Source: Bacteroidales bacterium
GTDB lineage: Bacteria > Bacteroidota > Bacteroidia > Bacteroidales > P3
DNA length: 64,000 nucleotides
Assembly: GCA_017477025.1 (NCBI GenBank)
Contig: JAFUYA010000049.1
Coordinates: 24,051-88,050 of the forward strand
Direction of reading: 5' to 3'
The notes below the pieces were generated by a model that had not been told where the DNA came from, did no database searches, and worked only from the letters and a program-made list of their open reading frames with translations. This document shows, one piece after another, positions 27,756 to 37,671 of the stretch. Position 1 is the first letter of the stretch. Each line of letters begins with the position of its first letter. The position numbers and the translations under genes were made by a program.

Positions 27756-27785
27756 AAAAAGTGCGGTAGCGACACCACACCTTTT
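27756..27785 (-). terminator. weak bidirectional hairpin after the OMP gene
   Basis: gtgcggt (27761-27767) pairs with accacac (27774-27780) with one mismatch. It is flanked by an A run and a T run. Confidence 0.4.
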
Positions 27786-27815
27786 GTATAAATAAAACTT
27801 AATCTTGCATTTCCT

Positions 27816-28496
27816 TTAGAAAGTAAATCCGAAGTTAAGCAATAATGTACCCAATCCTAAAGAAACTTCATCTGTCAGATCATCATTTTCAGGAATTATT
27901 TCGTGATTGTAATTCAAAGAAGTTCCTCCCAAAACAAATTCCAATCCGAAAAGGAAATGTGTGTAACGAATATCTCCTTTGATGCTTACGCGGTGAGCAA
28001 AAGAAACCGAAGATGCCGATTTTTCTTTATAAACGCGTTCTTCCTGACGGAATTTATCAGGGTCCAAACCCTTACGACCTAAAGAAAATACAACTGTAGG
28101 GTCATATTGTACAGCAAAGTCGGCAACCAATCCGTCCGTAATACCGATAGTTACCATAGGTCCTAATTTTACACTCAAATCCCATAACAAACCGCTTTTG
28201 GTTGTCAGATATTCATCCTTAGGATTGTAATTATACTCTTTTCCCGTATTGAAAGTTGTGTTGATAAAAGTTATATCCAAGCCCGGGATAATCAATCCGT
28301 CTGCAATGTCAAAATTGAAAGGGAACATTCTTCCGAATTCAGCTCCGAATCCTGAACTGTAGAAATCTTTATATTCCCCTAACGGCTGTATAAACTGCAA
28401 TTTTACGTAGTTTTGTCCTAACTCTTCCTGTGCTTTTATTGTTGAAGGAAGCACGGAAATAAATGCGATAATCAATAATACGACTTTTTTCATCAC
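27816..28496 (-). CDS. outer-membrane beta-barrel protein
   Basis: Signal peptide MMKKVVLLIIAFISVLPSTIKAQ, alternating amphipathic strands, and a C-terminal aromatic signature LLNFGFTF. Confidence 0.65.
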   Translation of the reverse strand: MMKKVVLLIIAFISVLPSTIKAQEELGQNYVKLQFIQPLGEYKDFYSSGFGAEFGRMFPFNFDIADGLIIPGLDITFINTTFNTGKEYNYNPKDEYLTTKSGLLWDLSVKLGPMVTIGITDGLVADFAVQYDPTVVFSLGRKGLDPDKFRQEERVYKEKSASSVSFAHRVSIKGDIRYTHFLFGLEFVLGGTSLNYNHEIIPENDDLTDEVSLGLGTLLLNFGFTF

Positions 28497-28536
28497 TCTG
28501 TGTATTTTTTACTTTGGTTATTTTTACTTTCAAGAA

Positions 28537-29022
28537 TTAAAAAGGAAGAATATTGGAATCTTCTTTATTTTCCAAATTATTTTCGGCTATTTTGGATAAC
28601 TCGTCATCGGTTTCAAAAGAGAATTCATTTGTATTGAACTCATCTATTGAGGTTGTTGTCTGTGAATTATGGGTTGCCTGATTGGTATTGTTATGACCTT
28701 TTGAAAGTATTTTAAAGTTTTCGGCAACAACTTCCACCGTCCGTCTTTTGTTTCCGTCTTTATCTTCCCATTGGCGTGATTTTAACTTACCTTCAACATA
28801 GACCTGAGTACTTTTTCTAAGGAACTTATCTGCTACATCTGCCAAACCTCTCCAACAAACTACATTATGCCATTCCGTTTCTTCCGTTTTTACTCCCTCA
28901 TGATTGCGATATTGTTCCGTAGTTGCAAGAGAAAACGAAGCCTTTTTTACGTTATCGAACATAATAATCTCCGGATCCCGTCCCAAATTTCCTATTAGAA
29001 TTACTTTATTTACTCCAACCAT
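28537..29022 (-). CDS. ssb: single-stranded DNA-binding protein
   Basis: MVGVNKVILIGNLGRDPE...TEWHNVVCWRGLADVA...YVEGKLKSRQWEDKDG OB fold with an acidic tail ending ILPF. I start at Met47 of the tracked ORF. A TAacTTTG box lies 25 nt upstream. Confidence 0.9.
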   Translation of the reverse strand: MVGVNKVILIGNLGRDPEIIMFDNVKKASFSLATTEQYRNHEGVKTEETEWHNVVCWRGLADVADKFLRKSTQVYVEGKLKSRQWEDKDGNKRRTVEVVAENFKILSKGHNNTNQATHNSQTTTSIDEFNTNEFSFETDDELSKIAENNLENKEDSNILPF

Positions 29023-29046
29023 ACCATTACAATTATTAATAAGTTG

Positions 29047-29054
29047 CAAAGTTA
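29047..29054 (-). promoter_or_regulatory. -7 box TAacTTTG for ssb
   Basis: The plus strand reads caaagtta. It lies inside the rejected N-terminal extension of the ssb ORF. Confidence 0.45.
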
Positions 29055-29137
29055 CAAAAAAATGTGAAACTACCCATAAAAAGCATTGAAAAAAGCTTTT
29101 TAAGTGCCATTTTTCTTGTAGATTCAAAGAATATGAG

Positions 29138-29145
29138 TAATTTTG
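29138..29145 (+). promoter_or_regulatory. -7 box TAatTTTG for rluB
   Basis: taattttg lies 32 nt upstream of ATG 29177. Confidence 0.45.
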
Positions 29146-29176
29146 CAAATTATTTATCATTACCTATTATAATATC

Positions 29177-30292
29177 ATGAGAGAGAGAAGTAATCACGAT
29201 TGGAGCAGAGGAGCCGATCGTAAACAAGATCGTCGCGAAGACAGATATTCTCGCGAAAAGAAGTCTTTCGGTAAAAATGATGATTCTTACGAGAATCGCG
29301 GAAAATCAAGAAAAGAAGACGGTAAGAAATTTTCAAGCAGAGGAAACAGGTTTGAGAAAACAGAGAAAAGTTTTGCTAAAGGCGGAAAGTCAGGAAAACG
29401 TTTTGAAGATTTCAAAAAGGAACGTCCTGTCAGAAGAAAAAGAGCATTTGAGGAGTATAAGCAGGAGAATGATCCTAAAAAGCGTCCTCGTGTAAAGTAT
29501 GATGAGAACGGAGAAAGAATATTCAGCGAACGCAAGAATCAAGCTCCGAAACAAATCCAACCTCAAAGAGACGAAAAAGCAGTCAGGTTGAATAAATATA
29601 TTGCAAATGCCGGTATTTGCTCAAGAAGAGAAGCCGATGTTTTGATAACAACGGGTGTAATTACTGTAAATAACGAAGTAGTTACGACTCTCGGCTATAA
29701 GGTTCAGCCGGGAGATGTTGTAAAATATAATGGAAGAACGCTTAGAAATGAAAAAAAGATTTACATCTTGTTGAATAAGCCTAAAGGATATATAACAACT
29801 TCAGATGATCCGCAACAGCGTAAGACCGTTATGGAACTTATTGACGGAGCATGCAGAGAAAGAGTCTATCCCGTAGGAAGATTAGACAGAATGACCACAG
29901 GACTTCTGCTCTTAACCAATGACGGAGAATTGACCAAGAAACTTACGCATCCGAGTTACGGAGCAACTAAAGTTTATAATGCAGAACTTGACCGTCCTTT
30001 ATTGAAAGAGGATATGACAAAGTTACTTGAAGGCGTTGAACTTGAAGATGGAGAAATGAGAGTTGATGACGTCAATTGGATAAACGAAGTTCCTTTGGAT
30101 AAAAAGAAAGTCGGTGTTAGTATTCATTCGGGAAAGAACCGTATCATCCGCCGTTTGTTTGAAGCATTAGGCTATGAGGTAAAAAAATTGGACAGAGTAT
30201 ATTTTGCAGGACTTACGAAAAAGAATCTTTTACGAGGACAATATCGTTTTCTTGAAGACAAGGAAATAGGTTTTCTTTACATGCAAAAATAG
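29177..30292 (+). CDS. rluB: 23S rRNA pseudouridine synthase, RluB/RsuA family, with a long basic N-terminal extension
   Basis: S4 domain (VRLNKYIANAGICSRREADVLI) followed by the catalytic block YPVGRLDRMTTGLLLLTNDGEL. The first ~130 aa are K/R/E/D-rich and low in complexity. Confidence 0.85.
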   Translation: MRERSNHDWSRGADRKQDRREDRYSREKKSFGKNDDSYENRGKSRKEDGKKFSSRGNRFEKTEKSFAKGGKSGKRFEDFKKERPVRRKRAFEEYKQENDPKKRPRVKYDENGERIFSERKNQAPKQIQPQRDEKAVRLNKYIANAGICSRREADVLITTGVITVNNEVVTTLGYKVQPGDVVKYNGRTLRNEKKIYILLNKPKGYITTSDDPQQRKTVMELIDGACRERVYPVGRLDRMTTGLLLLTNDGELTKKLTHPSYGATKVYNAELDRPLLKEDMTKLLEGVELEDGEMRVDDVNWINEVPLDKKKVGVSIHSGKNRIIRRLFEALGYEVKKLDRVYFAGLTKKNLLRGQYRFLEDKEIGFLYMQK

Positions 30293-30378
30293 ATGACGAA
30301 AAAAGCTACTCATTAGAGCGGATGAAAAAGTAACCGTAACCTTATTCTTAGATAAGAATTGAAGTTACCATAGTGCAA

Positions 30379-30438
30379 TTATCACCGATTTATTATCAAA
30401 AGTCAGATACTATGATAAAAAATCGGTGATAATTTTTT
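30379..30438 (+). terminator. intrinsic terminator after rluB
   Basis: ttatcaccgattt (30379-30391) pairs with aaatcggtgataa (30420-30432), followed by tttttt. Confidence 0.7.
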
Positions 30439-30574
30439 AATGTTTATAATTTTTTTGCATTATTCGTTATACGAAATCCGACAATTTCCCCGTGTCAGGA
30501 AACAGGCCTGTGTATTAAAACGAATAATTATTCATGTAAGATTATCTTATTTTGCTTTTCCTACACTTATTCTT

Positions 30575-31009
30575 CTATTTTGATCCCGTATGACCGAAAC
30601 CGCCTTGACCGCGTTCGGTATCGGATAGTTCTTTTACCTCAACAATTTCAGCCGTTGCATGTTTAGCGATGACCATCTGTGCTATACGTTCTCCATTATT
30701 GATGGTGAAGTCTTCATTTGACAAATTTATCAATAGAATTTTCAACTCTCCTCTATAATCGGCATCAATTGTCCCGGGAGAATTCAAAACGGTTATACCA
30801 TGTTTGAATGCTAATCCGCTACGCGGGCGAATTTGAGCCTCAAAACCGGCTTCCAGTTCAATGAATAATCCTGTAGGGACAAGGATTCTTTGCATCGGTC
30901 TCAAAATAACGGATTCCGTAAGATTTGCTCTTAAATCCATTCCTGCCGATAATGACGTTTCATATTTCGGAAGGGCATTCGTACTTTTATTAATTACCTT
31001 TAAAATCAT
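30575..31009 (-). CDS. dut: dUTP diphosphatase
   Basis: [27 protein letters not shown] and GGFGHTG are the five dUTPase motifs. Confidence 0.95.
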   Translation of the reverse strand: MILKVINKSTNALPKYETSLSAGMDLRANLTESVILRPMQRILVPTGLFIELEAGFEAQIRPRSGLAFKHGITVLNSPGTIDADYRGELKILLINLSNEDFTINNGERIAQMVIAKHATAEIVEVKELSDTERGQGGFGHTGSK

Positions 31010-31098
31010 ATTCTGCGTAGAATTTTTTGCAAAGTTACTATAAAAAACTCAATTCTTTATACTAATTTTGTAACTTCTAAAAAATACCTGTAAAGAAT

Positions 31099-31677
31099 AT
31101 GAGAGAAATAATTTTTGCAACGCATAACAAGCATAAAACGGAAGAGATCAGGCAATTAGTCAAAGACAAGATAAATATCATCTCCCTTGACAGTCTTGGA
31201 GAAAGGGAGGATATTCCCGAAACGGGCGATACGTTGAAAGAAAATGCACGTCAAAAGGCTGTATATATATACAATAAATACAAAAAAGATTGCTTTGCAG
31301 ATGATACGGGTCTTGAAGTTGAGGCTTTAGGAGGACGTCCGGGAGTTTATTCAGCAAGATATGCAGGTGAAAAATGTAGTTTTGATGATAATATTGATAA
31401 ACTGCTTGACGAGTTGGACGGTAACACCAATCGTAAGGCACGTTTTCGCACCGTTATATGCCTGATTGAAAACGGACAGGAGAAATATTTTGAAGGAGAG
31501 TGCAAGGGAGCCATTACAACCGAACGTTACGGGAAGAAAGGTTTCGGATATGATCCTGTTTTCATACCTAACGGCTACGGAGAAAGTTTTGCTGAAATGA
31601 GCGGGGCGGATAAGAACAAGATTTCCCATAGAGGCATTGCTACAAGGAAACTTATTGAGTATCTTTTAAAAAATTAA
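31099..31677 (+). CDS. rdgB: non-canonical purine NTP pyrophosphatase (RdgB/HAM1)
   Basis: IIFATHNKHKTEE, ADDTGLEVEALGGRPGVYSARYAG, GFGYDPVF and SHRG. Confidence 0.9.
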   Translation: MREIIFATHNKHKTEEIRQLVKDKINIISLDSLGEREDIPETGDTLKENARQKAVYIYNKYKKDCFADDTGLEVEALGGRPGVYSARYAGEKCSFDDNIDKLLDELDGNTNRKARFRTVICLIENGQEKYFEGECKGAITTERYGKKGFGYDPVFIPNGYGESFAEMSGADKNKISHRGIATRKLIEYLLKN

Positions 31678-31684
31678 CGGATTT

Positions 31685-32218
31685 ATGTACAAAGAAGAGG
31701 ATTTCAATGACGAGTATGTCTTGACCGTTGCCAAACAAATGTGTGTTGCGGCTCGTACTGCACCTAAAGCAAGGGGAACGGATAATCTTATTATACGTAT
31801 CTGCGACAAAGATGACATTCGTAACATATCCGAACAGTTAGTTAAGGATTATGAGATGACGGATTGTAAAGAGCAGTTTCTTTTAAGGGATTCGCAAAAT
31901 ATTCTTTCAGCATCGTATATTGTTTTAATAGCTACTCAAAATAAGCCTTTGGGATTGAACTGCGGTTGGTGCGGGTTTGAAAGTTGCGGATTAAAAAATC
32001 AAATGAATAAACAGGTTCCGTGTTTTTTCAATTCGGAGGATTTGGGTCTGGCAATAGGTTCTGCGGTTTCAGTGGCTACTGATTCGAGAGTGGATACCAG
32101 AGTCATGTTTTCGGCAGGTAGAGCGGCATCAAGACTCGGTATGGTCAATAATTGTGTACAATGTTTGGCAATATCATTATCCGCTTCGGCTAAGAATCCT
32201 TTTTTTGACAGGAAATAA
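31685..32218 (+). CDS. DUF2148-like protein with a CGWCGFESCG cysteine motif
   Basis: 177 aa. AARTAPKARG and LNCGWCGFESCG match my recollection of the DUF2148 family. Function unknown. Confidence 0.45.
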   Translation: MYKEEDFNDEYVLTVAKQMCVAARTAPKARGTDNLIIRICDKDDIRNISEQLVKDYEMTDCKEQFLLRDSQNILSASYIVLIATQNKPLGLNCGWCGFESCGLKNQMNKQVPCFFNSEDLGLAIGSAVSVATDSRVDTRVMFSAGRAASRLGMVNNCVQCLAISLSASAKNPFFDRK

Positions 32219-32264
32219 ACTGTATAAGGACTTACTGTTACATATTACATAACAATAACATAAT

Positions 32265-33764
32265 ATGAGCGATATTAAAAAGTTAGCAGGGCAGACTGCT
32301 GTTTATGGTATCCCGACAATAATCGGCAGATTTCTGAATTATTTCCTTGTTCCTTTGTATACTTACAACATTGCTGCTTCGGATTACGGAATGGTGAGCG
32401 AACTTTATGCCTATGTTGCCTTTCTTATGATTATTTTAACTTACGGAATGGAAACGGCATTTTTCCGTTATTCGCAGGAAGAAGATGCAAACAAGGTTTT
32501 CAATACGGCTATGCTCTCTTTGCTGTCTTCAACGTTTGTTTTTTTACTCATAACTTTCATTTGTCTTAAACCTATAACGAATGCACTGGAATATCAAGGG
32601 CATCCGTCATATATTGTTTTGTTTTTGTTGATTCTGGCAGTAGATACACTCAAGGCAATACCCTACGCACTCCTAAGAAGAGAGAATAGACCTAAACGTT
32701 TTGCCTTAATAAAGACAACGGATATATTTTCCAATATAATTTTTAATTTGTTTTTTATTGCACTGTGTCCGTATTTAGTCCGCACATCGCATCCCGTACT
32801 TATAACATCGTGGTTTGATTCTTCGGATTTGGTTTTCTACATTTTTCTGTCCAACTTATTAGCATGTCTGATTGCCATGTTGATGTTGATTCCTGAATAC
32901 AGGAAATTCAGATGGGACTTTGATTTTTCATTATTAAAAAAAATGCTTGCATACGGCTTTCCCGTTATGATTGGAGGTTTGGCCGGAATGGTGAATGAAA
33001 CGTTTGACAGAATAGCATTGAAACATTTAGTAAGAACGCCTCAGGATATAACGGATGCTTCAGAGATTGCATCTTGGAAGATGGCACAAATCGGGATATA
33101 CGGTGCATGCTACAAACTGAGTATAGTTATTTCATTGTTTATTCAAGCATTCAAGTTTGCGGCAGAACCGTTTTTCTTCTCCAAGATGAAGAAAGCGGAT
33201 GCCAAAAAAAGTTATTCTTCAGTGATGACGGCATTTGTTATGTTTCTTTCATTCATATTCCTTGTAGTTATGGGCTATATAGATTTGTTCCAATACTTTA
33301 TGGGAAAAGAGTATCGCATCGGATTGACAGTCGTTCCTATTTTGTTGATGGCTAATATCTTTTTGGGGATATATTATAATTTGAGCATTTGGTATAAAGT
33401 AACTGACAAAACAAAATGGGGTGCCGTAATAGCAATAATAGGAGCGATACTGACATTAGTCGGCAACTATATACTCGTTCCGTATTTGTCTTATACGGGA
33501 GCCGCCGTTACTACGTTAGTATGTTATGTTACAATTGCCGTTATTTGTTATTTTGTAGGACAGAAATACTACAGGATAGTATATAACGTAAAACGTTGTT
33601 TGTTTTATATTTTTCTTGCCGTATGTCTTTATTTTGTTTCTGCGACGGTTAGAAATATGAATTTGGGATTATCCCTTACATTGTTGTGTTCCACGATTTT
33701 GATTGGTATATATGCATTTATAGCGTATAAATTGGATGTCAAACGAATGATTCGTGAGAGATAA
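32265..33764 (+). CDS. MOP-superfamily oligosaccharide flippase (Wzx-like polysaccharide biosynthesis protein)
   Basis: 499 aa with roughly 12-14 TM segments. The N-terminal AGQTAVYGIPTIIGRFLNYFLVPLYT is typical of Bacteroidota flippase-family proteins. Confidence 0.7.
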   Translation: MSDIKKLAGQTAVYGIPTIIGRFLNYFLVPLYTYNIAASDYGMVSELYAYVAFLMIILTYGMETAFFRYSQEEDANKVFNTAMLSLLSSTFVFLLITFICLKPITNALEYQGHPSYIVLFLLILAVDTLKAIPYALLRRENRPKRFALIKTTDIFSNIIFNLFFIALCPYLVRTSHPVLITSWFDSSDLVFYIFLSNLLACLIAMLMLIPEYRKFRWDFDFSLLKKMLAYGFPVMIGGLAGMVNETFDRIALKHLVRTPQDITDASEIASWKMAQIGIYGACYKLSIVISLFIQAFKFAAEPFFFSKMKKADAKKSYSSVMTAFVMFLSFIFLVVMGYIDLFQYFMGKEYRIGLTVVPILLMANIFLGIYYNLSIWYKVTDKTKWGAVIAIIGAILTLVGNYILVPYLSYTGAAVTTLVCYVTIAVICYFVGQKYYRIVYNVKRCLFYIFLAVCLYFVSATVRNMNLGLSLTLLCSTILIGIYAFIAYKLDVKRMIRER

Positions 33765-33854
33765 CAGTTGTTTTTAATATAAAATTTGTAACTTTGCAGG
33801 CATCGTACTGCGGTATGTTGTTACGATCGTCTGTTTATACATAAAATTACAGGA

Positions 33855-34832
33855 TTGAATATGGATAGAAAAAATTTTGCAATAATAGGTGTAGGCGGTT
33901 ATATTGCACCGCGTCATTTGAAAGCCATCAAGGATACAAACAATGAATTGGTTGTAGCTTTGGACAAATCCGACAGCGTAGGAATCATGGATTCCTATTT
34001 TCCGCAATGTTCTTTTTATACGGAATACGAAAGATTCGATCGTTTTGTTGATAAAATAAAGCGGACGGATAAGAAACTTGACTATGTTACGGTGTGTACG
34101 CCTAATTATCTACATGATTCCCACATTCGTTTCGGGTTAAAGAACGATTGTGATGTGATTTGTGAGAAACCCATAGTTTTGAATCCTTGGAATATTGATG
34201 CATTGGAGCAGATGGAAAAGGAAACGGGGCATAAAGTCTATAATATTCTGCAACTCAGACTGCATCCTGCCATCATAGAATGGAAACGTAAGATAGACAA
34301 TGCTCCTCAGGACAAAATCTTTGATGTGGATTTGACTTATATCACTTCACGCGGATTGTGGTATTACACTTCTTGGAAAGGAGATGTAAGTAAATCCGGC
34401 GGTGTTGCTACCAACATAGGAGTTCATTTCTATGATATGCTTTCATGGATATTTGGAGAGTTGCAGGAAAACATTGTACATATCTATACTCACGACAGAG
34501 CTGCAGGATTTTTGAGATTTAAAAGGGCAAGAGTCAGATATTTTCTTTCCATTAATTATGATACTATTCCGCAGGACATTAAAGAACAAGGTAAACGTAC
34601 TTACAGAAAAATTACTTGCGAAGGAGAAGAGATCGAGTTTTCAGGAGGTTTTACTGAATTGCATACCGAAAGTTACAAGAACATTCTTGCAGGCAAAGGT
34701 TTTACTTTGGAAGATGCCCGTTCCTGCATTGAAATTGTCAGCACAATAAGAAATTCGCATCCTATCGGACTTAAAGGCGAATATCATCCGTTAGCACGTC
34801 TGCCTTTGACATCGCATCCTTTCAATTTGTAA
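33855..34832 (+). CDS. Gfo/Idh/MocA family oxidoreductase (WbpB-like sugar-nucleotide dehydrogenase)
   Basis: N-terminal Rossmann FAIIGVGGYIAPRHLKAI, an EKP motif (VICEKPIVLN), and a C-terminal alpha/beta domain. Confidence 0.75.
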   Translation: MNMDRKNFAIIGVGGYIAPRHLKAIKDTNNELVVALDKSDSVGIMDSYFPQCSFYTEYERFDRFVDKIKRTDKKLDYVTVCTPNYLHDSHIRFGLKNDCDVICEKPIVLNPWNIDALEQMEKETGHKVYNILQLRLHPAIIEWKRKIDNAPQDKIFDVDLTYITSRGLWYYTSWKGDVSKSGGVATNIGVHFYDMLSWIFGELQENIVHIYTHDRAAGFLRFKRARVRYFLSINYDTIPQDIKEQGKRTYRKITCEGEEIEFSGGFTELHTESYKNILAGKGFTLEDARSCIEIVSTIRNSHPIGLKGEYHPLARLPLTSHPFNL

Positions 34833-34836
34833 GATT

Positions 34837-35760
34837 ATGATAGAATTTGCCGATGCTACAAAGTTCATAAATGATTTTGAGGCGGTTTATTCCAAAAAAA
34901 TCGTACGTATTCCATACTCTACCAAAGAGGGAGTACGCAAAACGATACTGATGTGCAAATGCGGAAAGACATACATAAGTTTGCCGTATATGTCTTTGGG
35001 TGTTATAGAGAACAGAACAACGGACAGGAAGACGGCTCCTTTTATGTTGTTTGAAACGGAAGAAGGTAATATCATATCTACAAGTAAAAAGAATTGGGAA
35101 ATAAGGGATACGGCGGCTCATTCACCGTATATCTATGCGGATAAAATCTTCACATGGATTAATATTACGGATAAGGATGACGTAATGGATTTGTACACAT
35201 CAAACGTAAGAAGAAAAATTCGTAAATCCCTCAAAGGTGGTATCGTTGTTAAAAGCGGAAGCAGCAAAAAACTGATAAGAGATTTCTACCATGCATATTT
35301 GTTGAGGATGAAAGAGATTTCGGTGGCACCGTTCAGCAAGCAAATAATAAAAAACAGCGTTAAAGTCGGGATGACAACGATATTTGTTGCTTACAAAGAC
35401 AATAAAATTGTCGGTGGGGCTACACTTAATGATATGTACAACGGAGTCTTGGCCAACGGTCTGTTTGCAACTCCGTTTGAATATAACAAATATTATGTTT
35501 CGTATAATCTCCATTACTCCATGATGAGGTTTGCCAAAGAAAAAGATGCCGTTTATTATTCTTTTGGCAGAAGTACGAGGAACAGCAACGTACATCATTA
35601 CAAAATGCACTACAAAGGAGAGGATATTCCTTTGTACTGGTCGTATTCAAGAAAGAAAAAGAATATCAGAGATATGAAATTGTTGTATTGGCTGTGGAGC
35701 AAACTCCCGGATTCTTTGACTAAATATTTGGGACCGATTGTTTCACGGTATGTTTATTAG
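34837..35760 (+). CDS. FemAB-like / Acetyltransf_6 GNAT-fold protein, function unknown
   Basis: 307 aa. NVRRKIRKSLKGG...FYHAYLLRMKEISVAPFS...IVGGA... resembles FemAB-related acyl/aminoacyl transferases. It starts 4 nt after the oxidoreductase stop. Confidence 0.4.
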   Translation: MIEFADATKFINDFEAVYSKKIVRIPYSTKEGVRKTILMCKCGKTYISLPYMSLGVIENRTTDRKTAPFMLFETEEGNIISTSKKNWEIRDTAAHSPYIYADKIFTWINITDKDDVMDLYTSNVRRKIRKSLKGGIVVKSGSSKKLIRDFYHAYLLRMKEISVAPFSKQIIKNSVKVGMTTIFVAYKDNKIVGGATLNDMYNGVLANGLFATPFEYNKYYVSYNLHYSMMRFAKEKDAVYYSFGRSTRNSNVHHYKMHYKGEDIPLYWSYSRKKKNIRDMKLLYWLWSKLPDSLTKYLGPIVSRYVY

Positions 35761-35876
35761 TTTTTGTAAATTTCTAATTAAGCAAACATGAAAAGAAATA
35801 TCCTGATTGCATTTTAACGGCATTATTCCTTCAAAGAATAATGCCGTTAAGGTTTCAATAGTGGTACATCAATTCA

Positions 35877-36248
35877 TCAAAAATCACCGTTTTTGAATCT
35901 TTCTATACTTCTGCGGTCTTTCTTTGTAGGTCTGCCGATATGAGAATCCCGTTTCTCAAACATCATATCATGCATCATTTTAACTTTATCGTATTCCGCT
36001 TGCGGAGTCATATCTTCCATATACTCGGATACATCTTTTGCTCCTACCCGGTTTTTGAGTATCTGTCTTACTTTTATCGTTTTTTTCAAGGGATTGAGAT
36101 TTACCGTCAGCACATCACCTATATTTACCTCTTTACTCGGTTTGAGGGGCATTCCGTCCCTGGTTACTTTTCCCAAATCGCAGGCTTCCGCTGCAATACT
36201 TCGTGTTTTATATATCCTGACACACCACAGCCATTTATCTACTCTCAT
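35877..36248 (-). CDS. S4-domain RNA-binding protein (Hsp15/HslR-like)
   Basis: MRVDKWLWCVRIYKTRSIAAEAC..GKV is the S4 motif. I start at Met18 of the tracked ORF. Confidence 0.75.
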   Translation of the reverse strand: MRVDKWLWCVRIYKTRSIAAEACDLGKVTRDGMPLKPSKEVNIGDVLTVNLNPLKKTIKVRQILKNRVGAKDVSEYMEDMTPQAEYDKVKMMHDMMFEKRDSHIGRPTKKDRRSIERFKNGDF

Positions 36249-36369
36249 AGTGGTTATTTTTTTCGCAAAATTAACAAATAAAAATAGAATTGCAACCATT
36301 TTCGGTTGTATTGACTGCGGAGAATATGTTTTTTCAATGGAAAAATACTTGCGGAACGGATTTTTTTTG

Positions 36370-36377
36370 TAATTTTG
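36370..36377 (+). promoter_or_regulatory. -7 box TAatTTTG for ackA
   Basis: taattttg lies 47 nt upstream of ATG 36424. Confidence 0.4.
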
Positions 36378-36423
36378 GATTTCGTAATATTGAAATCACA
36401 TAATAAAAAAATAATGACGGAAT

Positions 36424-37629
36424 ATGAAAATATTAGTATTAAACTGTGGAAGTTCGTCTATTAAATATCAATTGATTGACATTACGGGCGAGAATACATC
36501 TACTCTTTTGGCAAAAGGGCTTTGTGAGAGAGTAGGATTGGAAATGGGAGAATTTACTCATAAACCTCAGGGCAAGGAAAAGCATTATGAGAAAGTTCCT
36601 ATCCCGACTCACAAAGACGGTATCGCACTTGTTTTGAATGCTTTGACAGATGAGAAGATGGGAGTTATAAGTTCGTTGAATGAAATTGAAGCCTGCGGAC
36701 ACAGAGTGGCTCACGGCGGAGAGATTTTCACAAAAAGCGTACTTATTAATCAGGAAGTAAAGGACCACATCAAGAGTTTAGAGCCGTTAGCACCGTTGCA
36801 TACGCCTGCAAACTTAGCAGGAATAGAGGCAATGGAGCATTTGTTACCAAATGCTCCGCAGGTAGCAGTGTTTGATACGGCATTCCATCACACAATACCG
36901 AGACAAGCATATCTTTACGGCATTCCTATCAAATATTATAACGACTACAAAGTCCGTCGTTACGGTTTTCACGGTACATCTCACAGATATGTTGCACCGA
37001 AAGCGGCAAAAATGTGCGGAATGGATATAAACAACTCGAAAATCGTATCATGCCACCTTGGCAGCGGGGCTTCAGTTACGGCTGTATTAAACGGAAAGAG
37101 TATAGATAACTCAATGGGATTTACAACAGTGGAAGGAGTTGTGATGGGTTCGCGTTGCGGAGACTTGGATGCAGGAGCATTGCTTTACATAGGCGAGAAA
37201 GAAGGTTGGGGTTACAAAGAACTGAACCGTTTTATCACAAAGGAGTGCGGACTTAACGGATTGACCGAAGGAGTTACGGATATGCGTGATATAATGGCAG
37301 GAAAGCGTGAAGGAAATCAGAAATTGAGTGATGCTTTTGACGTTTTTGCTTATCGAGTTAAGAAATATATAGGAGCATACGCAGCAGCAATGGGCGGTGT
37401 TGATATAATATTGTTCACGGGAGGTATAGGCGAGAACGCTTGGTGGCAAAGAGAAGCGATCTCCTCAGGATTGGAGTTCTTGGGTGCAAAGATTGACAAA
37501 CAGGTCAATGAACAGATGGCAGGAAAGGATGGAGTTATCTCTACGGCTGATAGTAAAGTAAAGATACTTTCCGTAACCACCGATGAGGAATATGTTATTG
37601 CAAAGGACACTTTTGATTTGTGCAGATAG
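36424..37629 (+). CDS. ackA: acetate kinase
   Basis: MKILVLNCGSSSIKYQL, GHRVAHGG, VAVFDTAFH, RRYGFHGTSH and FTGGIGEN. Confidence 0.97.
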   Translation: MKILVLNCGSSSIKYQLIDITGENTSTLLAKGLCERVGLEMGEFTHKPQGKEKHYEKVPIPTHKDGIALVLNALTDEKMGVISSLNEIEACGHRVAHGGEIFTKSVLINQEVKDHIKSLEPLAPLHTPANLAGIEAMEHLLPNAPQVAVFDTAFHHTIPRQAYLYGIPIKYYNDYKVRRYGFHGTSHRYVAPKAAKMCGMDINNSKIVSCHLGSGASVTAVLNGKSIDNSMGFTTVEGVVMGSRCGDLDAGALLYIGEKEGWGYKELNRFITKECGLNGLTEGVTDMRDIMAGKREGNQKLSDAFDVFAYRVKKYIGAYAAAMGGVDIILFTGGIGENAWWQREAISSGLEFLGAKIDKQVNEQMAGKDGVISTADSKVKILSVTTDEEYVIAKDTFDLCR

Positions 37630-37671
37630 CATATTAAGAACTTTAAAGTCATTAAAGTCTTTAAAGAACAA

